Assembly (NCBI RefSeq): GCF_006345805.1
Contig: NC_043006.1
Location: 81,220,001 to 81,284,000, forward strand
Length of the DNA stretch: 64,000 bases
Direction: 5' to 3'
Source: Octopus sinensis
Taxonomy: Eukaryota
Part shown: piece after piece, positions 1-11,659 of the stretch
How positions within the stretch are numbered: the first letter of the stretch is position 1
Layout of the letters: every line of letters begins with the position of its first letter
Position numbers and translations under genes: made by a program
Notes under the pieces: generated by a model
The model's input: only the letters and a program-made list of their open reading frames with translations
Told to the model about the DNA's origin: nothing
Databases searched by the model: none

Positions 1-235
1 TTATTCCTCTTTGTATTGTTCTAATATTCTATTGCACATTTTAGGTCATTGCCTATGACTCCGCTTTATGATGTTTAACTGGCAACATACATTGCTCTAT
101 CTGACTTTTTTTACATCATTCATAGTTTTGTAAATGTCGATGCTATAATTTCAAACTGGATGTTGTTGGAAGTAACAGGTGAGTTTATCAAGGAATATTG
201 TTGATAGTGACAAAGGAGTTAATAAATAAAATATT

Positions 236-375
236 GATTTCAAAATTTGGTACATGCAAGACTTGGTGGAAGAGGATACAAGTCGATTATATTGACCCCA
301 GTGCTCAAATGGTTCTTATTTTATTCACCCCCAAACAGTGAAAAGTAAATTCGATCTCGATGGCATTTGAAGTCT
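236..375 (-). mobile_element. Degenerate SINE fragment (family C, head GGCGGCGAGCTGGCAG type)
   Basis: AGTCGATTATATTGACCCCAGTG...TTATTTTATTCACCCC is the reverse complement of the family C core seen intact at 57486-57720. Confidence 0.5.
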
Positions 376-954
376 CAATATGAAGTTACGATTCTGCTTA
401 ACTCATCGTTTCAGGTAATAAACAAAATATTAATAGATATTGATAGAAAAGACATTAAATTTGATGGGAGGGTTTCAATCGATTTCATCGACTCTAGTAA
501 TTGATTAGTACTTTGTTTTATCGATGCGAGAAATTGAAGGTGGAATTTACATGTGCAATTTTTCACACATGAAGAAGGTAACATAGAACACACAGTGTTT
601 AAACAACTTAAAGAGTGAAGTAATAATAAGTAGAAAAATGCAACAACCTTCAGTGTAAGCAGAGAGAGAAACCAGATATGCTCCGTAATGGAATTATGAA
701 AAGAAATAGAGATGAATTTCAATCTGTGAGTTTTTAGGTGATCACAATACGAAAGACGCACTAGCAAAAGTCTAGAGACGGCGTTCTGTCAACAAGTTAA
801 CACTAAATAGCCAGACCTCTCTCTTAATGTCTCTTCTCAAAAGAAAAACAAAACCCAAAGAAAACGGTGGATAGGTGACGACTACTTTGAAGCACCATAT
901 TCATTCTGCACTGCAACATTATACACCAAACAGACAGAAATAATAATAATGAGA

Positions 955-1362
955 GCGACAAATACAGAAAGTGTGGTGAGAGGGGTGAAACAGTATGACA
1001 CATTGTTAGCGAATGCCTGAAACTGGAACAATGCAATTGTAAAGACGACATGACAATGTGGCTAGAATGATCCATTGGGAGCGTTGTGGAAACCATGGCC
1101 TACTAAGAGCAAAGATGTGATATGACCAAATCCCCGATGGAGTTAGCGAGAATGAAGACTACAAAATTATGTGGGATGCAATGATTCAGTGAGACCATCG
1201 AATCAGACATCGGAAACCTGATGTCTGACAAAATCAAAGAGAGAGAAGAAGAAAAACTGAACATCTTTGTCAATTTGAAATGAAAATACGCAGGCTGCAG
1301 GCAATAAAGAGGGTGGGTGTGATACAAGTAGTAATTAGCGTACTTATAAGTATCAGCACTCA
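955..1362 (+). pseudogene. R4/Dong-type non-LTR retrotransposon remnant 1 (CCHC knuckle plus restriction-like endonuclease region)
   Basis: Manual translation with stops: KYRKCGERGETV*HIVSECLKL...RRHDNVARMIHWERC...ENEDYKIMWDAMIQ*DHRIRHRKPD. This is the CxxC-H-C knuckle, RHD and PD motifs of RLE-clade LINEs. Confidence 0.8.
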
Positions 1363-1424
1363 AGTACTAACAAGGCTCAAAAAATTGGTACCTATGTAAA
1401 GATAGACCACCTATAAAAATCATC

Positions 1425-2090
1425 ATTACAAGTAACTGCAGAATATGTGGAGATGGACAAGAAACAATAAATCATATTATCTCTGCCTGCCCAGTCCTGG
1501 CTAACAAGGAATATATTTACAGACACGACATAGTTGGGACCTACATACACTGGAAGCTATGCCAACATTACGGAATATCAACAGAAAAAGATGGTATAGA
1601 CACACACCAGAAGATGTCACAGAAAACGAGAAAACAACCATACTCTGGGATATGCCAATACACATAGAGAAATTAAGGCCAACAGACCAGATTTAGTAGT
1701 TAGAGATCATGAAGTATAAAAATGCTTTCTAATTGATGTATCAATACCAGCAGATGACAACGTGACTAAAAGAAATGGAGAAACTTTCAAAATACAAAGA
1801 CCTGGAAACTAGAATGTGGAATCTAAAAACAGAAACAATTCCTCTCATAGTAGGTGCATTAGGCATGCTAAAAAATATTCAGACAAATACATAACAAAAA
1901 CTGCAGGACTTACAAACACATATAACATACATAAAATTGCACTACTAGGCACTGCACACATCCTACGCAGAACTCTTTCAATACAGTAACCATCAGAGCA
2001 TCACAACAAATCACAGCACATACCCAAGGCACACAGAGCTGCGCTCGGTAGTGAAGTGAAAACACATTATAAAGATAAAACTACTGAATG
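1425..2090 (+). pseudogene. R4/Dong-type LINE 3' end 2 (CCHC knuckle, RLE domain, stop at 1987-1989, 3' UTR)
   Basis: Translation across frameshifts: NCRICGDGQETINHIISACPVLANKEYIYRHDIVGTYIHWKLCQHYG...ILWDMPI...ANRPDLVVRD...KCFLIDVSIP...KYKDLE...IPLIVGALG...LLGTAHILRRTLSIQ*. It runs directly into (TAA)n. Confidence 0.9.

Positions 2091-2173
<83 letters not shown>
2091..2173. repeat. (TAA)n microsatellite, tail/target of the Dong-type LINE
   Basis: Pure TAA run immediately after the LINE 3' UTR. Confidence 0.95.
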
Positions 2174-2174
<1 letters not shown>

Positions 2175-2557
2175 TAAACTCAACAAATGCTAGCTAATAC
2201 GTTAATTTCTTATGCATATGTAAATACAGCTGATATTTTTTTAATGGACACAAACTCCCTATGAATCCGTTCTTCAGATGTACCCTTAGTACACTCGGTT
2301 AAAGAGTTTAAAATTAAAACTATTACTAACCTCATACATCTACAAGTTCTGCAGTGTATGATTGCCTATAACTAAAAATCAGATTTGTTTTCGAAATAAT
2401 GTCTTTCGTTCTTTTTTTTTTAAGTGAAAGATATGAATATGTATATATATAGTTCAAATTTGCAGAAAACAAAAAATGAGGACAAGTGTAGGAATATCAA
2501 GCAGGTGTAGTAGTTTTACGCTCGGCAGAAATGGAAATAATATGTATATATATATAT

Positions 2558-3234
2558 ACTAGCAGTAATACCCGTCGTTCATTGGATAATTACTTTTACT
2601 CTTTCTCAGGAGTCACATTCAAAGTATTATTATATATATAATAAATTTCTCAACGGCGATTTCAGGGAAGAGTTTCAGGGAGTCGCTGGTGATGTATCGT
2701 GATGATCAAAAATCCGGCCTGCTAAAATTTGGTTAAAGTTATTCAAACTGCAGACTCAACGCAAAATGGTCATATCTAATTCAAAGCGTTAAAAATGTTA
2801 TGAAAACAATTGGTATGTGTTCACAAAGTCCAAACGATTAATACGAAAAAATCCTCCAGGCTACATCCCGAAAATTCATTTCTTTGCCGAATTTCTACAA
2901 TGTTTACGTCGATTCGTTTTTATATCTTGATTTTTTTAATTTTTTATGCAATTTACGCATGCTTGCACGCGTGGTGAACACGGTTCACGTCAAACAGCTG
3001 ACTGAGTAAAGTTCACTATTCAATGCATGGGATAAGGCCTAAACAAACACATTATCGATTTTTGCACTTACGAGATGAATTCCGGAACAGAAATAGCGCA
3101 GTTCAATTTTCATTTGCCTAAACTTTAAGTGACTCATTTTTTGTAGTTCTACGATTTGTTGGCTAGGAGGAGATGTGCCGGGAAGTTAAACCCACAGACA
3201 CACACACAGATACACACACAGACTCACAAGTTGA

Positions 3235-3240
<6 letters not shown>
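2558..3240 (+). mobile_element. Non-autonomous Helitron/HINE-like element, tandem copy 1
   Basis: Starts ACTAGCAGTAATACCCG and ends ACAGACACAC...GAGTTTTA(TA)n. Nearly identical to 3276-3957 (period 718 bp). The family call rests on terminal style (ACTAG...CCCG start, ACAG/AC repeats near the other end). Confidence 0.55.
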
Positions 3241-3275
<35 letters not shown>

Positions 3276-3277
<2 letters not shown>

Positions 3278-3951
3278 TAGCAGTAATACCCGTCGTTCAT
3301 CGGATAATTACTTTTACTCTTTCTCAGGAGTCACATTCAAAGTATTATTATATATATAATAAATTTCTCAACGGCGATTTCAGGGAAGAGTTTCAGGGAG
3401 TCGCTGGTGATGTATCGTGATGATCAAAAATCCGGCCTGCTAAAATTTGGTTAAAGTTATTCAAACTGCAGACTCAACGCAAAATGGTCACATCTAATTC
3501 AAAGCGTTAAAAATGTTATGAAAACAATTGGTATGTGTTCACAAAGTCCAAACGATTAATACGAAAAAATCCTCCAGGCTACATCCCGAAAATTCATTTC
3601 TTTGCCGAATTTCTACAATGTTTACGTCGATTCGTTTTTATATCTTGATTTTTTAATTTTTTATGCAATTTACGCATGCTTGCACGCGTGGTGAACACGG
3701 TTCACGTCAAACAGCTGACTGAGTAAAGTTCACTATTCAATGCATGGGATAAGGCCTAAACAAACACATTATCGATTTTTGCACTTACGAGATGAATTCC
3801 GGAACAGAAATAGCGCAGTTCAATTTTCATTTGCCTAAACTTTAAGTGACTCATTTTTTGTAGTTCTACGATTTGTTGGCTAGGAGGAGATGTGCCGGGA
3901 AGTTAAACCCACAGACACACACACAGATACACACACAGACTCACAAGTTGA

Positions 3952-3957
<6 letters not shown>
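3276..3957 (+). mobile_element. Non-autonomous Helitron/HINE-like element, tandem copy 2
   Basis: Direct repeat of 2558-3240 with only a few substitutions or indels; the copies are separated by a (TA)n tract. Confidence 0.55.
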
Positions 3958-4036
<79 letters not shown>

Positions 4037-5252
4037 TGTATGTATGTATGTATACACATACTGATTTCCACTCATTTACTTATTATATTATCATATTCTA
4101 CAAAATTTTTCGTTGCGACTTGCAACCTTTTCAATAGTCGTTGGTTCTGTCAGTTATCGCAATTGCATTTTATTGTTGGTTTTGTATGTGTGTGTATTGT
4201 AATATTATTTTAATAAGACATAGATGAGGCACCGGGAAACTTACTACAAACTACTTGAGAGAATCGTTATCGCTATATTTATTGGGAGTTTCGTTAATTT
4301 TCTGCAAATCTCATTCACTACATCTATATTTATGCCTACTGCGCTTTTCTGAAACGTTTAATTTTTCTATTTTGTATCCTTGTGTAACCCCAGAATAGCC
4401 CTGTTCTATCAGACGAATAAATAACTGCATTTCAAACTTGACCATATCAGCTTTCTGTACGTTTTAAATTACGTCTTTCTGGTCCATCCATGCTGTTTCT
4501 ATGATCGCAAGCAAGACATGATTTAATTGAGATATGACTGCTCTGTCTATTAGCACAGACAGTCTGATAGTGGTTTTCTCGTTGGATTCTATATATGCTA
4601 ATATCTCTATCTCTTTACATCGCAGTTTTGACCTAAATTCGATCGTTCAGTCTATTCCAGATTATTGCAGACTTTCGATGAATTTGTTCACGTCAGCGTC
4701 TACCCAAACACACAAATCTAGATACGTTACTTTCCAAAGAATCGATAATTAAGTTTCGTAGATATTAATAAACTCTTATTTTTTTTATCGACGATGTAAA
4801 CAAGGATTGAATAGTAAATATATCAGTAAATATATTAAGACAAAATAGAATTTTGCATTGATAAACAAAGTGAATGAAAGAATGAATAACACACAAATGC
4901 CTAATCAGTATTGAAGCCAAGTTTCCTTTGTTGACACCTCGGGGGTGTTTAACTCAACGATCGAAATAAAGTCCTAAAGTTCAATAGATAAGACGATAAA
5001 CCATAAGAATTCTATATTTATCGTCCTAAGAAATGACCTAAAGGTATCTAGCGAAAGTAGCTGTAATCATTGTCAGAATAAATAGAAAAACATTTCAAAA
5101 TCAAATCAGAATCTAGAACTAACAATATTAAAGTGTTGCATAAAAAGAGAATAACGTATACGAGAATATGCGTGTATAGAATTGAAAGTGAATGTTTAAC
5201 TAGATATAAGTTGTAAATATAGTATTGCTCGGATGATTGCTTATTATCTTGC

Positions 5253-5303
<51 letters not shown>

Positions 5304-5671
5304 CTTGCGTGTATATATTAACCCTTCAATATCGGGTATAAATAGTAAGTCATTTTATGCGGAATGAAAAACAAAAAGGGAAAAATACAAGATGATAATC
5401 AATCAAATAGCTTACAACACAAATGTGGCTTATATACTACACCCTGCATCAGAATTTAGCTGTATGTCAATAAGCCACTCTCGTCTTCTGTGGAAGATAG
5501 GATGTTGTGTCAATAATCCACATCCGGCGTAAAGGTGTCAATAAAGTTATAAATACAGATACATATAAACATAAGTGTATATACAAGGAAATAAGTAAAA
5601 GAATGCAAAATGAGATGCACAAGATTTAACAAAGGTTTCATTAGTATAACGCTAAAAAGGAAGGTTAATAA

Positions 5672-5708
5672 TATTTGATGTTTCGGGTACAAATCCGTCA
5701 TTGGAAAA
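5672..5708 (-). ncRNA. Decayed hammerhead-like motif in a short PLE-terminus-like element
   Basis: Minus strand reads TTTTT-CCAATGA-CGGATTTGTACCC-GAAA-CA-TC-AAAT, followed by TTCCTTTTTAGCGTTATACTAAT, the same downstream motif as at 21820 and 63230. Confidence 0.3.
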
Positions 5709-6325
5709 ACGGGAAGAAAAGAAAGAATGGGCGGCAAACGTCCAGGACCAAGTGGCAATGAAGTTCTGTGGGGTAGATTTAAGGAAGAGCTAAGGAAGTG
5801 AGTTGATGTGTATAGGCATAGAGGGTTTCCAAGCATATAGATGGCATAAGGGGAAAATCTGTGTGCAGTGGTATGGGGTACAAATGCCTTCTTGAGTGTG
5901 GGAATCTAATGAGTAACTGTGAATGTATTGTAGGTGAAAAGGCACGAGCAGGTAACGGAAAGTAGATATGAATTTTTTAACACTTACGCTGACATGTTTT
6001 CTATATTTATACATGTATACACACTTCAGGAAAGGAAAAATTTCCGAAAATATTCAACTTGTATAAATATCCCTATAAATATAATACCACTTTCGATATT
6101 TTATCAAATTGCGATAACACTGAATAAATTACAATAACACTGAATCAAAATATGTATATGCCATTTTTGCTTTCCTGAAGTGTGAATACAAATGTTGGGC
6201 GCGAAAACAAATAGTATGTTTGCCTTCAGTGAAGCAGCTTCACTTTGATATTCTAAGCACACTCTTTCCTCACGAAATGGTTGTCGATTGTATTTGGTCA
6301 CAATGAGTGAATGACGCATTCGTTT

Positions 6326-6388
<63 letters not shown>

Positions 6389-6640
6389 TATATACAAACG
6401 GTCCGTACTGTATCTTGGAAATTAAATTTACTATACTACAATTAACTAAGGCCGGTAGACTTTATTTAAACCAGTGTTGAGTGTTCTTTATTCTTATATA
6501 TTGACAGTACAAAATATATGATATATGGTTTTATACACGTGTGTGTGTTCAAATATATGCTTATATATGTATATATACACACACACACACATACACACAC
6601 GCACGCACACACACACACACGCACACGCACATATATATAT

Positions 6641-7250
6641 ACTTTTTACTCGTTTCAGCCATGCGGTCGTGGTCATGCTGGAGCACCACCATGGTCTTTC
6701 TGTCTTCCTCAGTCTGGGTTTTTCGCATCACCACGCCTGTATGTGCCTTTGTCTCAGATGTTGGTGCATTTCGTGTATAAGGGAGTTTGATTACGCTGCC
6801 CTCATCTGTACCTCATGTCGGGCTGTTGGTTGATCTGGTTTTGTGGAGAGGAGAATGTCTAGTTCCTTTTTGAAGACATATACTTCTACCTTATCCAAAG
6901 AGCTATAGGCCTTTGAACCCTAGACCATTGCAGTACCTGGTCCTGAACATAGATGGAGTGGACGGTACCTTTGGTATAATACAATGGTGCCCAGTTCAGA
7001 CATTTGTATAACATTCAATGCCGAAGTTAGGTACTACCCCTTCTAAGATTTTCCATATGTATATTATTGCATATCTCTCATGCCTTCGCTCGAGGGAGTA
7101 AAGCTGTAGTTTTCCCTGCCTAGCCTTGTATCTCATCCGCTGCGCTGTTTCAATTTTTTAGTGTAGTGGCGTTGGACTCCTTCGAGATCCTCTGTTAGTT
7201 TGGCACTATGTGGTGCCCATAACTGGGAGCAGTGGTCCAGGCGGCTAAGA
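6641..7250 (-). pseudogene. CR1-like LINE 3' end (RT C-terminus plus 3' UTR and tail)
   Basis: Minus-strand translation: LSRLDHCSQLWAPHSAKLTEDLEGVQRHYTKK...LYSLERRHERYAIIYIWKILEGVVPNFGI...FKKELDILLS. Tail: GGTGGTGCTCCAGCATGACCAC...GCTGAAACGAGTAAAAAG. Confidence 0.85.
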
Positions 7251-7298
7251 ACAAAGGTTCTCCACAAGGACAAAGGTTCTCATATTTTTATATATATG

Positions 7299-7376
<78 letters not shown>

Positions 7377-7584
7377 CATATCTATATAAATAAGAATAAG
7401 ATCGATATTTAAATACCGATATTATTAGGTGGCCAGCATGGGAATAGTAACCTTTAAAGGTAATAATTATTTAAAATTATAATTTAGGGTATATAAGAGA
7501 TACCAGCACGCTGGAAATAGCAGACAAAACTTGACTCTACAACCACATAAGATGTTCATATGAGTATATATATGTATAAATATA

Positions 7585-7657
<73 letters not shown>

Positions 7658-7746
7658 TGTGTGTGTGTATGTGTGTGTATGTGTGTGCGTGTGTGTGTGT
7701 GTGTGTGATCATGATGCATCTATATATATGTACGCACACACATGTA

Positions 7747-8095
7747 GGCGCAGGAGTGGCTGTGTGGTCAGTAGCTTGCTTGCGAACCACATGCTTCCAG
7801 GTTCAGGTGTCTTGGGCAGGTGTCTTCTAATATAGCCTCGGGCCGATCAAAACCTTCTGAGTGGATTTAGTAGACGGGAACTGAAAGAAGCCCGTCGTAT
7901 ATATGTATATATATATATGTTGTTTGTGTATCTGTTTGGGTCCCAACCGATGCTGGTGTGTTTACGTCCCCGTAACTTAGTTGTTCAGCCAAAGAGACAG
8001 ATTGAATAATTACTAAGCTTACAAAGAATAAGTCCTGGGGGCGATTTGCTCGACTAAAGGCGGTGCTCCAGCATGGCCGCAGAGTAAAAGAGTAT
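7747..8095 (+). mobile_element. tRNA-derived SINE family A (head GGCGCAGGAGTGGCTGTGTGG; tail GGCGGTGCTCCAGCATGGCCGC...AGTAAAAGAG)
   Basis: A/B-box-like head, conserved body and tail; many dispersed copies in the window. Resembles described Octopus SINEs, but the exact family name is not assigned. Confidence 0.85.
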
Positions 8096-8105
8096 ATATG
8101 TATCA

Positions 8106-8213
8106 TAAAGTATACTAGCCATCTCAATATGGCTAACCACTAAGGGTGGGTGTTACTGTAGCTTGTAGCTAACCCTTAGTGGTTAGCCATATTGAGATGG
8201 CTAGTATACTTTA
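8106..8213. repeat. Perfect inverted repeat, 42-bp arms, 24-bp spacer
   Basis: 8106-8147 (TAAAGTATACTAGCCATCTCAATATGGCTAACCACTAAGGGT) is the exact reverse complement of 8172-8213. Confidence 0.95.
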
Positions 8214-8265
8214 CGTTGTCGAGCAGTTACTGTTTACATCTCGTTCTGAGATTTATTATTGCTAG

Positions 8266-8305
<40 letters not shown>

Positions 8306-8350
8306 ATATATATTATATATATATATATATACATACATACATATATATAT

Positions 8351-8461
<111 letters not shown>

Positions 8462-9240
8462 CACATGCACACGCATGTACGTAGGATATGATTTGTTGGC
8501 ACACACCGTGTGTTCAAATCATTAAGTTCTATCAAAATACTTTAAATGTATATGAGAGCGACTATACAATCATATCTTATAACATAATGGAGTAAGTTTA
8601 TAATCTTATGAAGAAAGATATGGGCAAAATAAAACTAAATAAACATCTAAAACAATCACGATATAAAGAAATGAATACCTTCCCACACTAACCTAAAATA
8701 AAAATTACGAGCAGCTTGGGAGAACGCGATTATGTCACAGACATGTGTAGATTATCAAATAGAACAGAGAGGGGAAAAGTAGAAACAAGTGGAGAGACAA
8801 AGGAACCAAAACCATATCACCAGCGTGAAATAGTTTTATGGAAAATACAAACAACTGATGCCAAAGGAAACAGTACATGTCTGGCGTAATCCTGTATTGA
8901 CGTGCACACACACACACACAAACAAACAAACATATATATATATATAACTTTAAGTATCGCTTGTTGCAGTGAAGCTTATTCTACCAAAATGTTAAAGATG
9001 TGTTACTTATATATGTTTGTATCTCCGTCTTTATCTATCACTGTTTTACTTATATCCTTTTACTTGGCTTTCTTAAATTACCAATTTTGTGAATGGTTAT
9101 CATGAGCTTTACAACACTAAAAATAGTGATTTTTTAAAATTTTATTGCTGATTGCTGATGCTGTTACATTTGTTGTTGTTGATGTTTAATCTTCAGTCAG
9201 GTCTGATCAACCAAATCTATGGGTTCCAGCAACGATCATC

Positions 9241-9621
9241 TCTCTCTATATAAACGGCAGTTTGTCTGTGCGTGTTTCTGTGTGTCTGTTTGCTTCAACC
9301 CTCACTCTGACCACGGCTTTCAACCGATTCTGATGAAACTTGACACACACATAGCCCAATGTCATAATTCAAAACTAACGCAGCGAAAATTTTGAAAAGT
9401 TCACCCAGTTCTGAAAAATATCGCTAAATTCGACATGGGGTCGAGAATCAGAAACACAAACCACAAACTGTCTAGGGGACACAACTCCACCTTTTTAACT
9501 CTCAAAAAAATTTACCATAATTTGTTTCCATTTTTTTGCTATTTTTTGGCTATAACTCTCTACAAATGCTTTATAGTTATTTCCCTTACAAACCTGAGCA
9601 ACGCCGGGCGATACTGCTAGT
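9241..9621 (-). mobile_element. Non-autonomous Helitron/HINE (DINE-1/Lep1-like) element, second family
   Basis: Reverse complement of 51296-51680. Minus-strand start ACTAGCAGTATCGCCCGGCGTTGCTC; end AAGTTTCATCAGAATCGGTTG...ACAGACAAACTGCCGTTTATATAGAG. Confidence 0.6.
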
Positions 9622-9849
9622 CATGTATATTTACGTATTTGTAGTCAGTTCTCTATACTGATATACAATAGAGCGAGCTGTTGAATAGATGCTGCCCCGT
9701 TGTGCCTCTTTAATAGAAGTGTTATCAGCTGTTCCCAGTCCATATTCGGCTTATGTAGGATATTAAATCAGAACACAAAGACAGACGAAATATCGCAAGA
9801 CATTTTGTTCTGCGAGCTAACGATACTACCAGCTCACCACCATGATTAT

Positions 9850-9928
9850 AAATAATAATAATAATTCACTTCCTGGAATTGAACGCGGAATCTTGGGGTT
9901 AGTAGCCTGCGCTCTTAACCACTACGTG
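9850..9928 (-). mobile_element. Short tRNA-like head running into (TAA)n at the terminus of the old PLE, left arm
   Basis: Minus strand: CGTAGTGGTTAAGAGCGCAGGCTACTAACCCCAAGATTCCGCGTTCAATTCCAGGAAGTGAATTATTATT. A-box and B-box present; inverted homologue of 11305-11385. Confidence 0.7.
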
Positions 9929-10895
9929 GTAATTTTAGAGTGAATTTTAGGGCTTATAAGTCTAATATTTTCCTATCTTTCCTGGATACCAGTTCCCTTA
10001 TGCTACTCATATCTGCACTAGGGCTGCTTTGGAGGTTATTATGTCTTAGCATATAAGCTGCCTCATTTACTTTTCGTATTTTCCAGTGGTGTTCTCTGTC
10101 TATTATTTTAACTTCAGCTCACTGGGGTAGGTGGTCTCCGTTTTTCCATACACGATCAGTTATACTCGATTTATCAATATCTTCTCATGTTACACCTTTG
10201 CTATGTTCCTCTATCTTATTTTGGGGAGGCATGTTTCGCCTGTGTATAACCTACCACAGCTGGATGGGAAGGAATACACGCAGTTGTTGGTCATATTTTC
10301 ATCTATTAGTGGTTTTACTCAAAGCAGATATTTGCGAAGTGTTATATATATCTTGAATACTGTCCTAAAGTCATATGGGCCGCAAATCTTTTGTATCTTT
10401 TCGGAGAGGCCTTTCAAATAGGGTAGACAGACTGACTATAGACAGTCTATTGGTTTCATCGTCTCTTTTCCTCATAATTGGAGTGGATAGTATGTTTTGG
10501 GGGCAGTTGTTGCTTAATGGATCATAACTTAGTGGTTTGTATCAAGATCGCTACTTATATTCTTTGCCCGATTATTTAGGCACTGAGCAGTCCCTCTCTT
10601 TACACTGTATGGATGGTGGGAATTGAAGTTTAGGTATCATCCAGTGAAGGTTGACTTGCGGTATACGGATGTCATGGATCCATACTTGGTGCGAGTTATT
10701 AATACGTCCTGGAATGCTAGCTGATTGTCTTTTTCTTTTTCCATTGTGAACTGTATGGATGGTTTTATTGAGTTCACATGATCTAACAGTACTTGGACAT
10801 CATCTTAGTGGGGTCAGAGTATAAAGTTGTCACCGACATATCCCAGCCATAGAGATGGTTTTAGTGGTGTTGATCCTAAAGCCAAATTCTCAAAA
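9929..10895 (-). pseudogene. Old Penelope/Poseidon-type PLE: RT C-terminus plus GIY-YIG endonuclease, degraded
   Basis: Minus-strand translation with stops: FENLALGSTPLKPSLWLGYVGDNFIL*PH*DDVQVLLDHVNSIKPSIQFTMEKEKDNQLAF...YLNFNSHHPYSVKRG. A GIY-YIG region follows, homologous to the ORF at 10827-11129. Confidence 0.85.
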
Positions 10896-11300
10896 TATCT
10901 CATTCGAGTAAAACCACCAATAGAAGAGAATATGACCAAAGTCTGCGTGTACTCCTTCCCATCCAGCTGTGGTAGGTTATACAAAGGCGACAAATGCCGC
11001 CCCGTAAAAAAAAATAAGGGTAGAGGTGCATCGCAAAGCTGTGAGCGAGGAGATATTGATAAATCGGGTACTGCTTATCATGTATGGAAAAACGGAGATA
11101 ACCTCCCCCAGTGGATGAAGTTAAAATAATAGGCATACAACACCACTGGAAAATATGAAAACTAAGAGGCAGTACATATGCTAGGACATAATGACCTAAG
11201 CAGACCTAGTGTAGATATGAGCAGCATATGGAAACCGGTATTAAGGAAGGATAGGAGAATATTAGATTTATAAGCCCTAAAATTCACTCCGTAATTACCC
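10888..11300 (+). pseudogene. Inverted partial copy of the old PLE (GIY-YIG region plus 3' end)
   Basis: ORF 10827-11129 contains CVYSFPSSCGRLYKGDKCRP...GDIDKSGTAYHVWKNG. 11200-11300 is the reverse complement of about 9929-10030 with scattered substitutions. Confidence 0.85.
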
Positions 11301-11304
11301 ACGG

Positions 11305-11385
11305 GCATATGACGTAGTGGTTAAGAACGCGAGATACTAACCCCAATATTCCCAGTTCGATTCCTGGCAGTGACACCTGAATAAT
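11305..11385 (+). mobile_element. Short tRNA-like head running into (TAA)n at the terminus of the old PLE, right arm
   Basis: GGCATATGACGTAGTGGTTAAGAACGCGAGATACTAACCCC...GTTCGATTCCTGGCAGTGAC followed by TAATAA repeats. Confidence 0.7.
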
Positions 11386-11659
11386 AATAATAATAATAAA
11401 AATAATAATTATTATTATTATTATTGCGGCTGGACGTGTTCTTCGCTGCTCCGACCTGTAAGCAGCTGAAGACACAGAAACGCTACCCAGCAGGGCAACT
11501 GAAAAATAACTATCAAAGACTAGAATATTTACAATTTCATGTGAATATTTTGAATTTCCCTCAAAATAGTTAAGAAGCTTACATACCTTCAGTTTTCGAA
11601 CACGTAAGCCATAAACTTTAAAACCTTTAATAACAACAACTTCTGCGAATAGATCTTTG

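Noticed and set aside
411-1363. Minus-strand ORFs of 86-118 aa
   Set aside because: They are antisense to LINE remnants or AT-rich DNA and have no domain signal.
11465-11490. CTGAAGA-CACA-GAAACG hammerhead-like words
   Set aside because: No stem II and no NUH triplet in register.
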